From the NCBI RefSeq assembly GCF_000143415.4, contig NW_003314266.1:580463-644462 (forward strand): a DNA stretch of 64,000 bases, read 5' to 3'. Both the position numbers and the translations under genes were made by a program. A model generated the notes under the pieces. The model saw only the letters and a program-made list of their open reading frames with translations, did no database searches and was not told where the DNA came from. Positions 1 to 14,307 of the stretch are shown one piece after another; position 1 is the stretch's first letter, and each line of letters starts with the position of its first letter. Source of the DNA: Selaginella moellendorffii. Taxonomy: Eukaryota > Plantae > Lycopodiophyta.

Positions 1-1330
1 GGCCCCGTTCGTGGTGGTGAACGACAACGAAATGGCAGCACAGGTTCTTAAGGTCCACGACCTCGAGTTTGTAAGCCGGCCGGACGACGAGTACTTCCGA
101 ATCGTCAGCCAGGATTGGAACGATCTCGTCTTGGCGCCCATCGGTGATAAGTGGAGGACTATGAGGAGGATTTGCAGCACACACCTGTTTAGCAACAATA
201 TGCTCAAGGCAAGCGCAGGATTCCGGGAGTCGGAGATGAAGCATACAGTCAAGTCCATTCTCCAGCAATCTGGGACAACGATCAAGCTGCATGAGGTTTT
301 GAGCAAGCTCTTGTCAAATTCGCTATGCCTGGTGCTTTTTAGCGAGCGGGGGCTGAAAGTGGTGGATCTCATCCAAAACATAGCTGCTCTAAGCTTGAAC
401 GTGAACATCGGAACCCTGCTTCCGGCACTTGACGGGCTGGATCTTCATGGTGTCTACAAGAAGCTCAACACGGAGCTCGTACCTCGCCTTAAGCTCTTGC
501 TGGAAGATCAAATTGACAAACACCGGCGCAAGAAAGATGAAGCTGGGGACAGGTTCGTCCCTCAAGACTTCACCGACGTTCTTATATCTCTGGAGGACAA
601 AGATAAGTTGCCAGACATCTCCATTTTGGCACTACTCTGGGTACGAAGTTTTACCAGCATCTAGTTAGATCTTGGTCGTGATCTCTTAAAGCTCTCTTTT
701 TTATTGCGACAGGACATGGTTGTTGCGGGGCTAGAAACTTCACTAGCGACGCTCGAGTGGACGATGGCGGAGCTCATAAACCATCCCCGAGTCATGTCCA
801 AGGCTCAAGAGGAGATTGACAGCGTTGTAGGGAGAGCTCGCGCGCTGCAAGAATCAGATCTTCCAAGCCTTCCATACATCGAAGCCATTGTCAAGGAATC
901 ACTGCGTCTCCACCCGGCGGCCCCATTGGGAATTCCTCACATTAATCCCAATCCCGTCAAGCTGGGCGGCTACACCATCCCTGGCGGCTGCAAGGTTCTC
1001 GTCAACATATGGGCCATTGGACGCGATCCCGCTCGCTGGTCCAACCCACTAGCGTTCCAGCCGGAACGCTTTCTCGGCTCCTCCATATCTGTGAACGGGC
1101 AGAACTTTGATTTTCTTCCATTTTCATCTGGGAGGAGAGTTTGTCCTGGCTATCCACTGGCCATGAGATCGATCCTGTTTTTCGTGGCCAGTTTGCTCCA
1201 GGCATTTGATTGGAATGCTGCTAACCCGGCTGGGATCGACATGGAAGAGCGTACTAGAAGTATGACAACAAAGCTCAAGGCTGACTTGCTTGTAAATGCG
1301 TCCATCAGGGTCGATCAAAATATAATATAA
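1..1330 (+). CDS. Cytochrome P450, CYP71 clan, array copy 1 (5' end outside window); exons <1-640 and 713-1330
   Basis: I-helix AGLETS, ExxR (KESLR), PERF, heme motif PFSSGRRVCPG; GT-AG intron 641-712 joins the two ORFs in frame. Confidence 0.93.
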
Positions 1331-3605
1331 GCATTGAAGACCGCCTTGGCGCCTATTAACTATGCGAGATGGAACGGATGACGGGAGACCAAGACCAAGA
1401 TGGCGAAGACCATGAGTGATGAGGGTAGGTCCCATTTTCCTCAGTCGTGCACAGGCCTTTATATTTATCTGACCATGTAATAAAACAGGACATGTGATAA
1501 AACTGTTGCGCTGAGCGTGATCGTTTAGACTGAGGTTATGAACTTCTCGCTTCAAAACTTGAATGTTGTTGACAGAGCCTTTACTTGGCTCACTGTTATC
1601 TTGATCTTCAAGAGTTTGAGTTTGTTCAGCCGACAACAATACTGGACTGGTCCTTTCGTTGATGTGGAGTGCTGAATTTTGAATTTTTTTCATAGAGCAA
1701 TGCAAGCTCCTCGTTTCTTCGCATGAGTTGTTTCAGTGAAAACAGAAACGCGCGTTTGCCAGTTCTCTATAATATGGCTATAATCACAGACCTTCACATG
1801 CCCAACATATGCAAGGGTTGCTCTATGAAAAAAATTCAAGCAGATCGAAAGGACCAGTCCAGTATCAAAAAAATTATCATTTAAATTGCCTTTCACAACA
1901 TTGTACTTTTAAATCTTTACCACTAGGTGACCCTTATATTGTTGAATGTTATGTCTAAGCTCTAAAGTGGCAACAAGCTATTCATCATCAGGTTTAGACC
2001 ATTCCTCTAAGTCATCAGCTTCATCATCAACATGAGTCTTAAGTACTTGAACTATCATGCACTTGTAAAAATCTTCAAAATTCTAAGCTTATGTCCATTT
2101 ATTTCTTGGTAAAGCTACTCTAAGGGAATCTAGCAACCTTTTTGCTCCTTCAAGCCAACTTCCACGGGCTTGGCATTCATCTTGCCCCCATTTCCTTCCA
2201 TTGTCGCAAATGTATTGCCTAGCCTCCATAAGAAGGATGATCACCTTCTCATCAGTCTTGACACCTATATAATATATATTTTACATGAGTTAATCTTATA
2301 TTTACCCCTTCCCCTCCCAACAATAGCCCAGCTAGGGCTGCCCACCTTCAATCTCCTATTTGCCTGTATAGTCACTTAATTTAGCTGGAAAGTTTATCCT
2401 ATATATTTGACTTTCTAAGTTGTGACCAAACAGGTTCTTGCTTTTTATGAGCTGCAACAAACTTTAAGGCCAAATTTACTTTCATTTCAACTACATGATT
2501 TATATAGTTAGCATTGGCTTTACAAAAATTGAAGGAAACCGTCTTTAATGGATTAAATGCAGCCAATGCAAACTTAGGGCTAAAGCATATGGAGCTTTAT
2601 CAAATTTTGTGATAAATAAGGTAGAACAACAAGGGATGTGAGTTGGAAGATTAGTGATTTTGCCATAATTTTGTTGAGGGTCCAAGGCAAATGAATCAAA
2701 ATTATCAGAATGCTATGAGTATTGTTAGAAAGTATGGAAAATTTAGCATATTTATCACTTTTACATGAAATCCTAAATGCCAAGAAATTTCAGAAAACTT
2801 GTTGCCTAGACAGACCACATATAATAGACCTGATTTAGTAGCTCAAGTGTTTTATACAAAAAAAATTAAATTTGATAGAAGATATATACAAATACAGTAT
2901 TTTAAAGATATTAATAGTAATGTATATGTTATCGAATTTCACCACATTGTTATATACTTATGATTTTAAGGAGTGAGAATAAAATAAGAACTATAGATAA
3001 CTATAGATAATATTGTGTGTGTGTGTGTGTTGGAGCCTAATGGAAACATCACATGTGATTTGATGTTTTCTTTCAAATGGTTTGTTAATTTATGAGCTCT
3101 CCTTCTCTTCTAAGATGAATGACATGAGCAGCTCGAGCAGATGAAAACAGTTGATGGGGAGTTGACATGTGACTATTGTCACTCTCATTTGTTTTCCACA
3201 GGCATAGTCTTACTTCAGCTCGTGTTGAATGCTCTCGAGATGAGGCAGATGCAACATTTGCAAAGGAAAAGCTGGCGTTGATGACGCAAGAGTATGAAAG
3301 TCGGTGATATTCGTGCATTGCTGTCATAGAAATTGCAAATTCTAGCGATTACAAAGGAGCTCAATACTCAAGAGAAACGTGGAGCTTTCTCAATCTGTAA
3401 CTGATTACCAACATAGGCTCAGAGAAAGCACTCAAAACGTCCAAAGAACCGAAGATGAAGCAAGAAGGTTCTCGATAGAGGTAAAAGAAATTCAATCGGA
3501 CACTCAACCTGCTCAAGTGAAGACACTCCTACAATTACAGATTGGATGGCCTGTGTAGGCCCTCATGACCTTTATAAATAGCCTACAATGTAATGTAATG
3601 CTTGG

Positions 3606-4640
3606 ATGGCGGGCTTCATCTTTGAGTATGTGAAATCCGGTAGGTTGCTGTGCAAGCATTGCAAGCTCAAACTTGCCAAGGGCGATCGGCATTGTGAGCA
3701 AGGGCGTCGGAATTGACATGACTGGTAAAGATTTTCCATTCTTTTCTAGCAATTTCTTTCTTTTCTTCTTCTTGCGGAAGGCATCACTCCAAATGCATTT
3801 TGGAGATCCAAGCTCTCCTGTCGTGGGCGTTCTCAAGGCCAAAGGTTCGCTGCATTGAAAGTACTTTTTTTTTGCAGAATGCGACGAGACAAGAGAGCTT
3901 TCTGATTTGTACAGGCTTCGGATCAAACTATTATGAAGGATATGCTACAGGGAAAATACTAGAGCGCTCATGCCCATGAAGAGGTCCTGCGCGTCTTTGG
4001 TGTCTCTGAGGGGAAAGCTGTTGTGCCGAGGGAAACTCGACAGCTTTGGCATGTGAAGTTGTCCAGCTTTGAGCCATCTCAATTCCCTACATGCTACAAG
4101 GTTTGCGTTTTGCATTTAACGCTTTTGATTGTATTAATCTTTCAAGACGCATAGGATGTATCTCTGCCCGTTGGGAGTCATTTTACTCGTTAACAATGTA
4201 AGCTTCTCTTACGATAATGCACCGGATCATGGTACTTTTACTCGATTTGCAGCTAGATAATAGTGGAATGTTGTCGGTTGCAGCTTTCAACTTTGACAGC
4301 TGCCTTGTGAACACTGATGTGAAAAGGAAAAGCTACAGGCCTGCCACGAAGAGGGGTATAAACTGTGAAGTGCTTGCTCATTGCTTTCACTTGTTCTTTT
4401 TTGTGTTAGGTGGTGTCCACAAACGAGTCCAACATTGGTAGGTGGTCATGTCCCAACTTGAGGGTGTGAAGCGAGGCAGCTTGAGGCTTGCAACATCTCT
4501 TGCAAGCGCTTTGAGAATGCTGGGGCAACTGGAGCTTTGGTAAGGAAATCTTACCATCGCCAATGCTTTTGTCTTCCAGATTCCACTGTGGAAAAATTGT
4601 GATTCGCTACTGGTTTGATGGTGACGGTTTTACAAATTCC
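3606..4640 (+). pseudogene. ZDP: Degenerate zinc-finger DNA 3'-phosphatase (ZDP/PNKP-like) gene copy
   Basis: ATG 3606 reads MAGFIFEYVKSGRLLCKHCKLKLAKG, then (frameshift) RIGIVSKGVGIDMT..HHSKC = PARP-type Zn finger; VAAFNFDSCLVNTDVKR (~4277), KLQACHEEGYKL and TNESNIGRW match the HAD phosphatase part; frameshifts, deletions and catalytic Asp to Asn. Confidence 0.8.
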
Positions 4641-4699
4641 TAGAGTTTGGATAGGAAAGTAAGTTGGTTTATTTCAACGGTATTCCATGATCTTTTGAT

Positions 4700-7600
4700 G
4701 CCTTTCAGGAATCTTATGAAACAACTCAAAATTCAAAAAAAAATTCAAATCTGTTGGGACTTGCTTCAAGCTTTTAATAAGAGTAAGCTTAACTTATAAT
4801 TTAGGTTGTGTTGAGAGTTGTTTTCAAACATTATTATGACTTTAAACATTTTTAAATTTTAACACAGACAATTAAAGACTCACATGTGAATAATTTGCCA
4901 TATCTAATCCAGTATGCACAAATTCAGTGAATGAAAGGAATTATGGTAAGAAAAATTTCTTTGGGTTTGCATCTATTGTAATTATTGAAGGTATCTCTAT
5001 CTCACCTATCTCAAGGTATTGAACGTAATTTTGCTCAACATTTATATAAAGACAAATATGGACATGTATGGGATCTGGCATTTCAAAATGTTGCCATTAG
5101 ATAAAGTATATATGATTATTATCAAATCATATTAGATGACTTTGGATGCATATGCTATTATAGATTTTATAGTGAATAAAACTTGCAATTTTAAATTTTA
5201 GTTTATAATTAATTAGAATATATATAAGTATAATTATAGAATGGCTAGAGATTTAAATTCAAAACAGAGAAAGATGACCCAGTTATACTTTGCCACATTA
5301 TAACTGCCTCAAGATCATTTTGAAGATAAATGACATAACACAATATGGACTATAAGAAGTTGATGCAAATAGTGGAAATGAATAAAAGGATACTGTGATT
5401 ATCCCACTAGAGCTTCTTTTAGACACTCAAAATTGCATTCTTTTGGTGGCTGAGGCAAGCACAAATGTTTGTTGATGTTGATAATCTAAGGTACCTTTGA
5501 AAACACCATGACCCTTGTATAAAAAGACTACAAAAATTTAATATACCTTAGCATAGATAATCCTAAACAAAAAATATATAGCTATTAAATTAAAATAAAA
5601 AGTAATAGTGTATCAGTTGAGCACACTCTACTACATCATCAAAAAATTGACATAACTATAAGAATCAATCAATCAATACTCAGAGCAGCAGTATAACTCA
5701 GAAATAAGCTATGTCAAATATTTATTAGAGCATATTTTGATGTAAGATATATACAGATTCAAAATGTTTTCTTATGTATTTTGAATCTTTGGAACCTTTT
5801 CAATTTCAATTTTACATTCAAAAAGTTTTAGGAGGCAAATACTTTTTAGGATGGCTTCTTATATCTCTGTTTTTTTATAGGTCCCATATAAACTCCCATG
5901 TTTCTACAGGTATTGTTTTTTATAATTTTCCTTTTAAAAAAGTTTTTATATTTTAGATAATGGTATAAAATTTTATGTCAAGAACATATATAAAATATAT
6001 TCATGAATATTGTAATATGTTAGATCTAATTTCATAAATATTTTATAAAAAATATATTTTATAATACAAGAGAATGAAGAAACATCAATGTAAATAATAA
6101 ATAAAATAACCTTATGTTTTATTTATTGATAAGTCATTATATAACATTGAATAAAGTAACATATACAAAATAAAATAGTATTATCGTGAACACATATTAA
6201 TTTGTTAGATCTATGTATGTGTATAATCATGATCTCATTTATATAATTGCTGAATAATAAGTAGTATTGACAAATTTATTACTAATATATTTTAAGTTTT
6301 CTAGATTTTTAGTAATATATGATTTTAATCTTTGGCTAGAGACAATATTGTAGAAAATTGTCAAAAATTTTAAAATTTCCCAAGGATTTTGAAATTATAC
6401 CTTTCATATATAGCTTACTAGCATGATATCACCTAATTATAATCTTGATGAAGCATGGTTTATTATTTTCTTTATCAATCTGGATATTTAATTGGGAGCT
6501 TTTCTACTACATTCTAGCCTAAATCACTTTTATTGAGAAGTTTATATAAACCAGTCTATTTAGTATTTTAATCTTGTATTTCTATTCTCTATCTTTCTTG
6601 TATCATTCTTACAAATATGACACATAATTGTGTTCTATTTGGAAACCATTAACTTCTATATTTTTTAAAACTTAATTTACCCTTTTGAACTAGCTGGATA
6701 TTTTAGTCATGCTTAGGTAACAACTCTCAGGGATTGAAATAATACAATTGCAGAAAAAAACTCTAGAGCAATATCAAAAACTTTATACGAACTATGTGTC
6801 ACTATTAAAAGAAAAGATCAAATTTATGTAAAGCTGCTGGCAGATTAAATAAGGTTATGAGCAAGAAGGCTAATAGAAAATATAAAGGAGGATTTGATAT
6901 TAGCATGTGTATGAGATAGCTTATACCTATTACATACCAAGAATCATTCTCTATTGTCATGGGGTTTAATATAAATGTGGTATTAATTAGGATAAATTTA
7001 CTTAGTGGGTTTAATAATAATGCAAAGCTCAGGTAGTGAATTTGAATATTAAAATATAAGAATTTAAAATTAGGCTTGTAAAATGTTATTAGTTAAAAAC
7101 CAGATAATGGATTTAGTATTTGAAGCAAGAAAGAAAATATAAAGATATTGCTACTCTTTTGAAATATATATTAGTATTAATATTAAAAAAGTAATTTAAA
7201 TTTTACTAATTAGAGAAATATTTATTTAGTGTTATATACATTTGAAAGAAGAAATTATTGAGGATATATCAAAATATTTGTATTTTTATAAGTTCTCATT
7301 TGATGTTGTCAAGATTGCATGGAGTTATGCATCTAAGTCGACTATGAGAATTGGTCATCCCTTGCTGAGTGTGGCAAAGTTTCTTGAGTTAGAGTTCTCC
7401 TTGTTTGATATCTCCTACCCGGTTGTAAGTTCCTTAACGCAATGCTCCTAACTGCCATGGAATCAAAGATGTGCTGGTTGTGTTTTTTGCTCTCAATATA
7501 CAGACTTCAAGAGACTTGTGTTGGTTTGGGCGAAGCCCATTTCCATAAGAATGGAACTAGCTCATTGCTGCTAATCCAAAACCAGTTTTGTCATGTTCAG

Positions 7601-9500
7601 TAGCATCACCACCATCACAAGGATCACTATGCAAAGCCACCATTGCTAAAATCTGAGCAGGGCGAAAGGAGAATCTGGCAGGCAAAGGATGAGGCTGGGA
7701 ATTGTGAAATCTTGTGCTCTTGTTGTGGCAGGTTGAAGGTAAGGACTTTGTTCTTTGTGTTGTTTGAGAGTTCTAAGTGAGTTTCTGGTTCTTCCTCATT
7801 TTTTTCTCTCTTTTGTGTTTGGTAGTATGCTGGTGTAATGAAAAAGAGACACCACCTACAAGATTTGTCAGCAGGTACATCATCTGTCATCATGTTTGCT
7901 GATTTCAATCATTCTTTAGTTTTGAATGCAACCGAGTTAGAGTTCCATTCCTGAGAGTTATGACACAACACTTAAGAACTTATCTGCAAATGTGGATTTC
8001 TACACAAGGGTCACCAACTTGTCGCTGCTTCTGTAGCTGCATGATGTTTGTGATTTTCTTGCTCAAGCTGGCTATGAGAAAAAACAAAAGTTGTAGAAGG
8101 CATAGTTTAGAATCAAAGCTGTAAGTCTCAGTAGTAACTGGTAGTAGTAACAAGGTAAGGAACTTTGTTGTTCATGCCGGCTGAGATTTTTAAGCAAGTT
8201 TCTAGCTTACCTTGCTCTTATTCAATGATTCTTTTGATCATTTTTTTTTGCTTTTTCATTTTCATAGTGTCTAATGCCTCACCTTTGTTTTGCAGCCTTT
8301 TAAATGCTACACAGCACCAATCCAATCTCTTGCCACTCCTATTGCTCTCTCCCTGATGACCACTTGAGGTTTGTGTAGTCTTTTACTTCACGTGCTCGCT
8401 TGATTCCTTAAAATTGTGCTTAAAAACTTAACTATGAATGTGAATTTCCACAGAAAGGTCACCAAACTGTCACTACCACCATCACTGCATGATGTCCATG
8501 ATTTTGTGGCTCAAACCTATCATAAGAAAAACTAGTTAGTGCAGGAAAGAAATGACTAGAAAGAAATGAAAGACTTGCAAACCTGGTAAAGCTGTAGAAT
8601 ACACAGATTGGAATTAAAGTTATAAGTCTCAGTAGCAACCTATAAAATTACATGCTAAGAAAAAGCAAAAAAAAGAAATAAATTGAACAATTACAATTCC
8701 AACTACATTTTTTCAAATTGAAAATATTCTCTATTGGATCCTTGCTAGTAACAAATATTTATTACAAAAGTATGAAACATAAATGGAGAAGTATATTCTA
8801 CCCTAAAAAAGTGAATGTTATCAATATATAAAGAAGTGTAATATATATTGAAACTATTAAGGGAAATCAAGTTGAAGAAGCATTTAGAAACTGTTAATAT
8901 ATGTGGCAAAGGGAATGTAGGGGATATTTAGTTATAATTTACATGTATGCTCATATACAATTGAAAGACTGAATATTCATTTACTAAATTTACAAAATAT
9001 ATATTTTAATAAGGATGAATAAGAAATTACTCTGGAAAAAAGTTGTTGTACAAAATTAATTTATATAATATTATCAAGATGTAAAATATAAAATAATAAT
9101 ATATATATATTGATGAATATGAAGGTTGAAGGCCTTGATGAATGAAGTAATACAACATATATGGGAAATATGGTAAACAAGAAAATATAATGAAAATAGT
9201 AAACAAGTAAATATTTATTTTATTTAAAAATAGATTTTTGTAGTTCTTCAAATAGTATAGTAAGATTCTAAGATAAACTCTTTGTTTCACTTCCAAATTC
9301 AATATAGATGATAAACTATTTCTAAACCTCATACCAGTATGATGGAGCACATCATACATTGCAAGGAGGGATCTAGGTTCAGCATTTTGCAAATAAGGAT
9401 CTAGAGTAAGCAACATATGTGTTGTGATACTTTCCAAGCACTTTTTGCTCGAACTTCATATATATGGCTTCTTGATGGTCAATTTTAATAGAATTGCCTC
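4700..9500. other. AT-rich, CpG-poor insert between P450 copies 1 and 2, probably decayed transposon sequence
   Basis: Composition, no credible long ORF, internal diverged direct repeat; no diagnostic transposase motif recognised. Confidence 0.4.
7990..8639 (+). repeat. Diverged direct repeat pair (~7990-8138 and ~8438-8639)
   Basis: Shared blocks atgtg(g/a)atttc..ggtcaccaa..ctgcatgatgt..gctcaa..taagtctcagtag in the same order. Confidence 0.7.
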
Positions 9501-11012
9501 GAAGCCTCTTGGTTGAATAGTGAAAAAGGAGACAAGCTCACAAATACCCATTGTGCAGCTAGATGTTTCTATCACACATGCTCACAAAAAAAAAAGGTAA
9601 TATTTTCTCCAGTGATCTTGGGATCTATCCGAGAACAGCAACATCAGCAGCAGCCGTCTGGTATCTTTGAGGTGGAGAACATCAGAATTTCGTCCAGATG
9701 TGTTGCAGCACCAGTGAGGGTGCAGGCGCCTCCATTCTAATGGCCTCGTCTCGAGCAGCATCGTTCTGGGTGAAAAAAGAATCGTTCCTTCACACATCCA
9801 GTTGCAGTAAGTGAGGAGTGCTGATAGCTTTCAGTTTCACCGAGGCTATAAATTGCGGGGTGCAGTTCTCTTCTTTTGGTCTGCCAAAATGTGTGGGAGT
9901 GATGAAGTTTTATGTCAAAACAAAGGTGATATAAACATTACAAGGAGTACCTGGAAAAATCCCCACTCTGCACACACACAATTTTAAGGGATAACTTCCC
10001 GTGTTCGATGACACCGGCAAGCAATATGATCGAGCAGACACACGGAAATCAAAGCCATTCTGTACCAAAACCTGCGACTGCACAGCAAGAGCTATTTTGT
10101 AAGTCAGGAACTTGTAAACCATAATATCCCAAGAGTTTTGCGATAAATCCAGGGAGCTGTGATGGCTATGAGAGGCATTTCCTTTTGCTCGACTGGGTTG
10201 TTCTTTTCTATCACCAATTGCTCTCCATCTCCACTCGGAACTTGTCTTTTTGGCCGACCAAGCCCGAGTCTTACAGGTACTCAGCAGGTGCATGCACTTG
10301 CAATTTACAAAGAGTCTCCTTGGAAAGATTTCAGAAACGCTTGGCCTCGATGGCGGCGAGTCCGACTTCCTGGAGATAAAGTTTGGAGAGTGCATCTACT
10401 AGACTATTCGGGTTACAAACCATTACCGTCCGTATCACTATGCTGCTCCAAGACGACTCCAGATTTTGCAGATCAGATTTACTATCATTTTTCTAAGAGT
10501 CCTTACCTCTTTCTCTTCAGATAATAACCAAGCCGTGGTGAAGACCGAACGCTTATCTTGGGCAATGTTTCAAAGCCCGTTACTCGATATGCTCGTTGCT
10601 CCTGCTGTGAATCCCGGGTTCGGGCAGTACAGGTCGAGCTTCCTCAACAAATGAGTTTTCATTTCAGGAATTTGGAAGCTGAGCAGGCACTGCATGGAAA
10701 ATAGCCTCGACCCATTTCTCTACACTTTTCTCCCGAAGATTAAGAGCTGGGGTCTCAGCTCCCCCCGGCCTTTGCACCGATGATGATAGTGTGTAACGAG
10801 AATGGAGGCGAACGGCAAGTTTTGGAGCTCTTCTTGGCCATCTGGAAGAGGCAGCGGTGTCACAAATCTCTAAGGTACCAGCTGCTTTATTTTTCCATGC
10901 ACGTCTCCTGGAATCTCGAGCAAGAGTATCACGATTCACATCACGCTTGTCTTCATTGGAACGCGAGTTCTCTATAATAGGGCAAGGCCTGTAGATCCAG
11001 GCTAACGAATCG

Positions 11013-12521
11013 ATGGACTTAGATGCGGCCTTGCTCGTCTTCGGCATCAGCTGCATCGCACTACTACTTCTCATCCGGAGAATTCGATCGCCACAACAGC
11101 GGCTCCCTCCAGGTCCGTTTTCCTTCCCCGTTTTTGGAGCGCTCTTCTCCCTCGAGGAGCCACTCCACCACCACTTTGCGAAGATCAGCAAGAAGTATGG
11201 GCCGATTGTCTACCTCAAGATCGGAATGGCCCCGTTCGTGGTGGTGAACGACAACGAAATGGCCGCAGAGGTTCTTAAGGCTCACGACCTCGAGTTTCCA
11301 AGCTGACGACGAGTTCTTCCGGATCGTCAGCCACGACTGGAACAATCTCATCATGGCGCCCATAGGTGATAAGTGGAAGGCAATGAGGAGGATTTGCAGC
11401 ACACAGCTGTTTAACACTACTATGCTCAAGGCAAGTGCAGGATTCCGGGAGTTGGAAATGAAGCATACAGTCAGATCCCTTTTCCAGCAATCTGGGACAG
11501 CGATCAACCTGCAAGAGGTTTTCAGTAACCTCTTGTCAAATTCAATATGCCTGGTTCTTTTTAGCGAGCGGGGACTGGAAGTGGTGGATCTCATCCGAAA
11601 AAGCTTGAACTTGAACATTGGAACGCTGCTTCCGGCACTCGACTGGCTGGATTTTCATGGAGTCTACAAGAAACTAAACAACTTGCTCATTCCTCGCCTG
11701 AAGCTCTTGCTGGAGGATCAAATCGACAAGCACCGACGCAGGAAAGATGAAGCTGGGGACAGGTTCGTCCCTCAAGACTTCACCGACGTTCTTATATCTC
11801 TCGAGGACAATGATAAATTGTCAGACATCTCCATTTTGGCACTGCTCTCGGTATGTTTTACCAACATCCCGTGATCTCTCATGTTTCCTTCTTGCGACAG
11901 GACATGGTTGTTGCGGGGCTGGAAACTTCACTAGTAACGCTCGAGTGGACAATGGCGGAGCTCATAAACCATCCCCGAGTCACGTCCAAGGCTCAAGATG
12001 AGATCGACAGCGTTGTAGGGAGAGCTCGCACGGTGCAAGAGTCCGATCTTCCAAACCTTCCATACATCGAAGCCATTGTCAAGGAATCACTGCGTCTCCA
12101 CCCGGCGGCCCCACTGGGACTTCCTCACGTGAATCCCAAGCCCGTCAAGCTGGGTGGCTACACCATCCCTGGCGGCTGCAAGGTTCTCGTCAACATATGG
12201 GCCATTGGACGTGATCCCGCTCGCTGGTCCGACCCAGAAGCGTTCCAGCCGGAGCGCTTTGTCGGCTCTTCCATCTCTCCCAACGGGCAGAACTTTGATT
12301 TCCTTCCATTCTCATCGGGGAGGAGAGTTTGTGTTGGCTATCCAATCGCGATGAGATCCATCCCATTTTTCATGGCTAGTTTGCTCCAGGCATTCGATTG
12401 GAGTCCTGCTAACCCGCGCGGGATCGACATGGAAGAGCGCTCGAGAAGTATGACGATGAAGCTCAAAGCCGACTTGCTTGTCAATGCGTCCATGAGGCTC
12501 AAATGTCAAAATATAATATAA
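11013..12521 (+). pseudogene. Cytochrome P450 array copy 2, frameshifted; intron 11851-11900
   Basis: Sister copies read AGC CGG CCG G(A/C)C; this one reads AGC T GAC at ~11301-11307 (net 5-nt loss, TGA in frame); further in-frame 4-codon loss at ~11600; the rest is intact including PFSSGRRVCVG. Confidence 0.88.
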
Positions 12522-12817
12522 TTGAGCTTTGAAAAAATTCCAGATTTTTCTATCATTGATTTTGGCCGTAATCTCCAAACATACCACAACCACACTTTCA
12601 TTGTTTGTGATCGCGTAATCCAGGCACTGCACAAGCAAAGGAGAGTTCTTTTCTTGCGTACGTGGGCCGTTGGATTTGTTGCATCCGACGGTGGATGGTT
12701 TCTAATTATAACTTATGATTGGATGGTGGGGAAAAAGAATGTGGGTTCGATCACTACGTGCTAGCAAATATGTCAAGGACAGGGCGGGAGCAATCCAAGT
12801 GCCGAATTCCACAGCAT

Positions 12818-12979
12818 GAAATGCAGTGCCTGCTTTGGATTGACAACCCATCTGGCGATCGAGAGGCCTGGATGGCAGAGACAACATACTCGACGATTTA
12901 GTCTATGTCTTTTAGAATGAGCGTGGGCTTTGGATCGAAATGCAGTGCCTGCTTTGGATTTCGGCTTTGGATCGAAATG
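12818..12979 (+). repeat. Short interleaved direct repeats (gaaatgcagtgcctgctttggatt x2; gctttggatcgaaatg x2)
   Basis: Copies at 12818-12841 and 12937-12960; and at 12927-12942 and 12964-12979. Confidence 0.75.
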
Positions 12980-13789
12980 ACAGTGAGAGGCCAAGATCCA
13001 AGCACGCAATGGAGGGAGGGGATGAGAAGGTGAATTCATGGTGTAGCTGCAAGCCTTTACATTTCCAGGAGAGTTCCGATCCCGTCGATCAAAGCTACAC
13101 CAAGGTCATTGTTGTGCGAAAACTGAAGCAGGCAACGTCCCACAAATTTTTGTTTTTGCCCCAGCACAGCTCTTTGCTGACAGGGAGCAAAGCTTACACA
13201 TTTGTGAGCTGCCTTCGTGCTCTACATTCAAGCTTTTTCCTAGAGCCTACAAAACTACAGTGAACAGAGGTGTTGGATGCATGGCGGACACCTCACAAAT
13301 CCGTGTATTGAAAACTTGATACGCATAGAGGTGCTGGAAGATCCTAAACGAAGTTGGCGATCCCACCAAATGTCTCGATAAGAAAGTAACCTTAAGATCA
13401 GCGTTTAAAAAACTCTTTTTGCGTCTAAGTAAATCAACTGATTCACCTGAAGAAAATCGGCATCTCAACCAATGAAAGAAACTACTTCCCCAAAGAAAGA
13501 GAGGGTTGTAAGCCAGAGAAGCAATCTGAATACTGCGTGATGCTCATTTTAAAAGGTCGAACAATATCATTTGGAAATCGAATATTATTTTCGGTCTATG
13601 GCGCTGGGTTAAGAGCAGCAAAATCTAGCCGCCGAGAACAGCAACATCAGCAGGTATCCTGGAGAAGAGGGAATTTTTGCCAGCAAGTTAAGTCGTGTAG
13701 CAGCGCCAGGGATCTCCGAGAGGGCAGGCACCTCCATTCTAGCGCTGCTGCCAATGCAGGGCCAATGCATCGCCGTGGCAAGTGCGATG

Positions 13790-14030
13790 GTCAGTCGCAG
13801 CCCTCATGGCGTGCATTGGCGAAGAGATCAACCAGCAAAAATCTCTGGAAATAAATGGTGGTTGTAGAGAAGGGGTGCTTGTAGAGAGGGGGCGAGAGAT
13901 CATGCACATCTACGTGTCATCAACATGTACTCGAAGCTTTGAGGTGAGAAGCGATGTGTTATGGACCGCAATAATGATGGGGCATCACGAGAATGGAGGT
14001 TGGAGCTTTTCTGGGCCATGCCAACCTTCT
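13790..14030 (+). pseudogene. PPR gene remnant upstream of P450 copy 3 (related piece at ~10765-10860 upstream of copy 2)
   Basis: Translations VAALMAC..ERGREIMH and DVLWTAIMMGHHENGG..LELFWAM resemble PLS-class PPR motifs; disrupted. Confidence 0.55.
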
Positions 14031-14307
14031 GGACGAAGCAGTGTAGGGAATGCTGTTCGCTCCAAACGCCGTGGCATGGAAAACGGTGCTGGGGGCCAGA
14101 AGTGGAACAACGATAGTGGCGTTTGAGGGAATAGTCGCCGGCATACATTCTCGCGTTGTCACCACTGGTGACTCACCAGCTGTTCTTTTTTACATGCAAA
14201 CTGAAGTCTTACTATAGGAATCACGAGACCGGTGGATGCCAGAGATGCACTGGACCATCATTTCTCTATAATATGGCGATGCCGTGTAGATTCAGACCAT
14301 CGAGTCG

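Noticed and set aside
1900-2950. Specific transposase call for this AT-rich tract
   Set aside because: Only vague hAT-like hints; no motif could be read confidently
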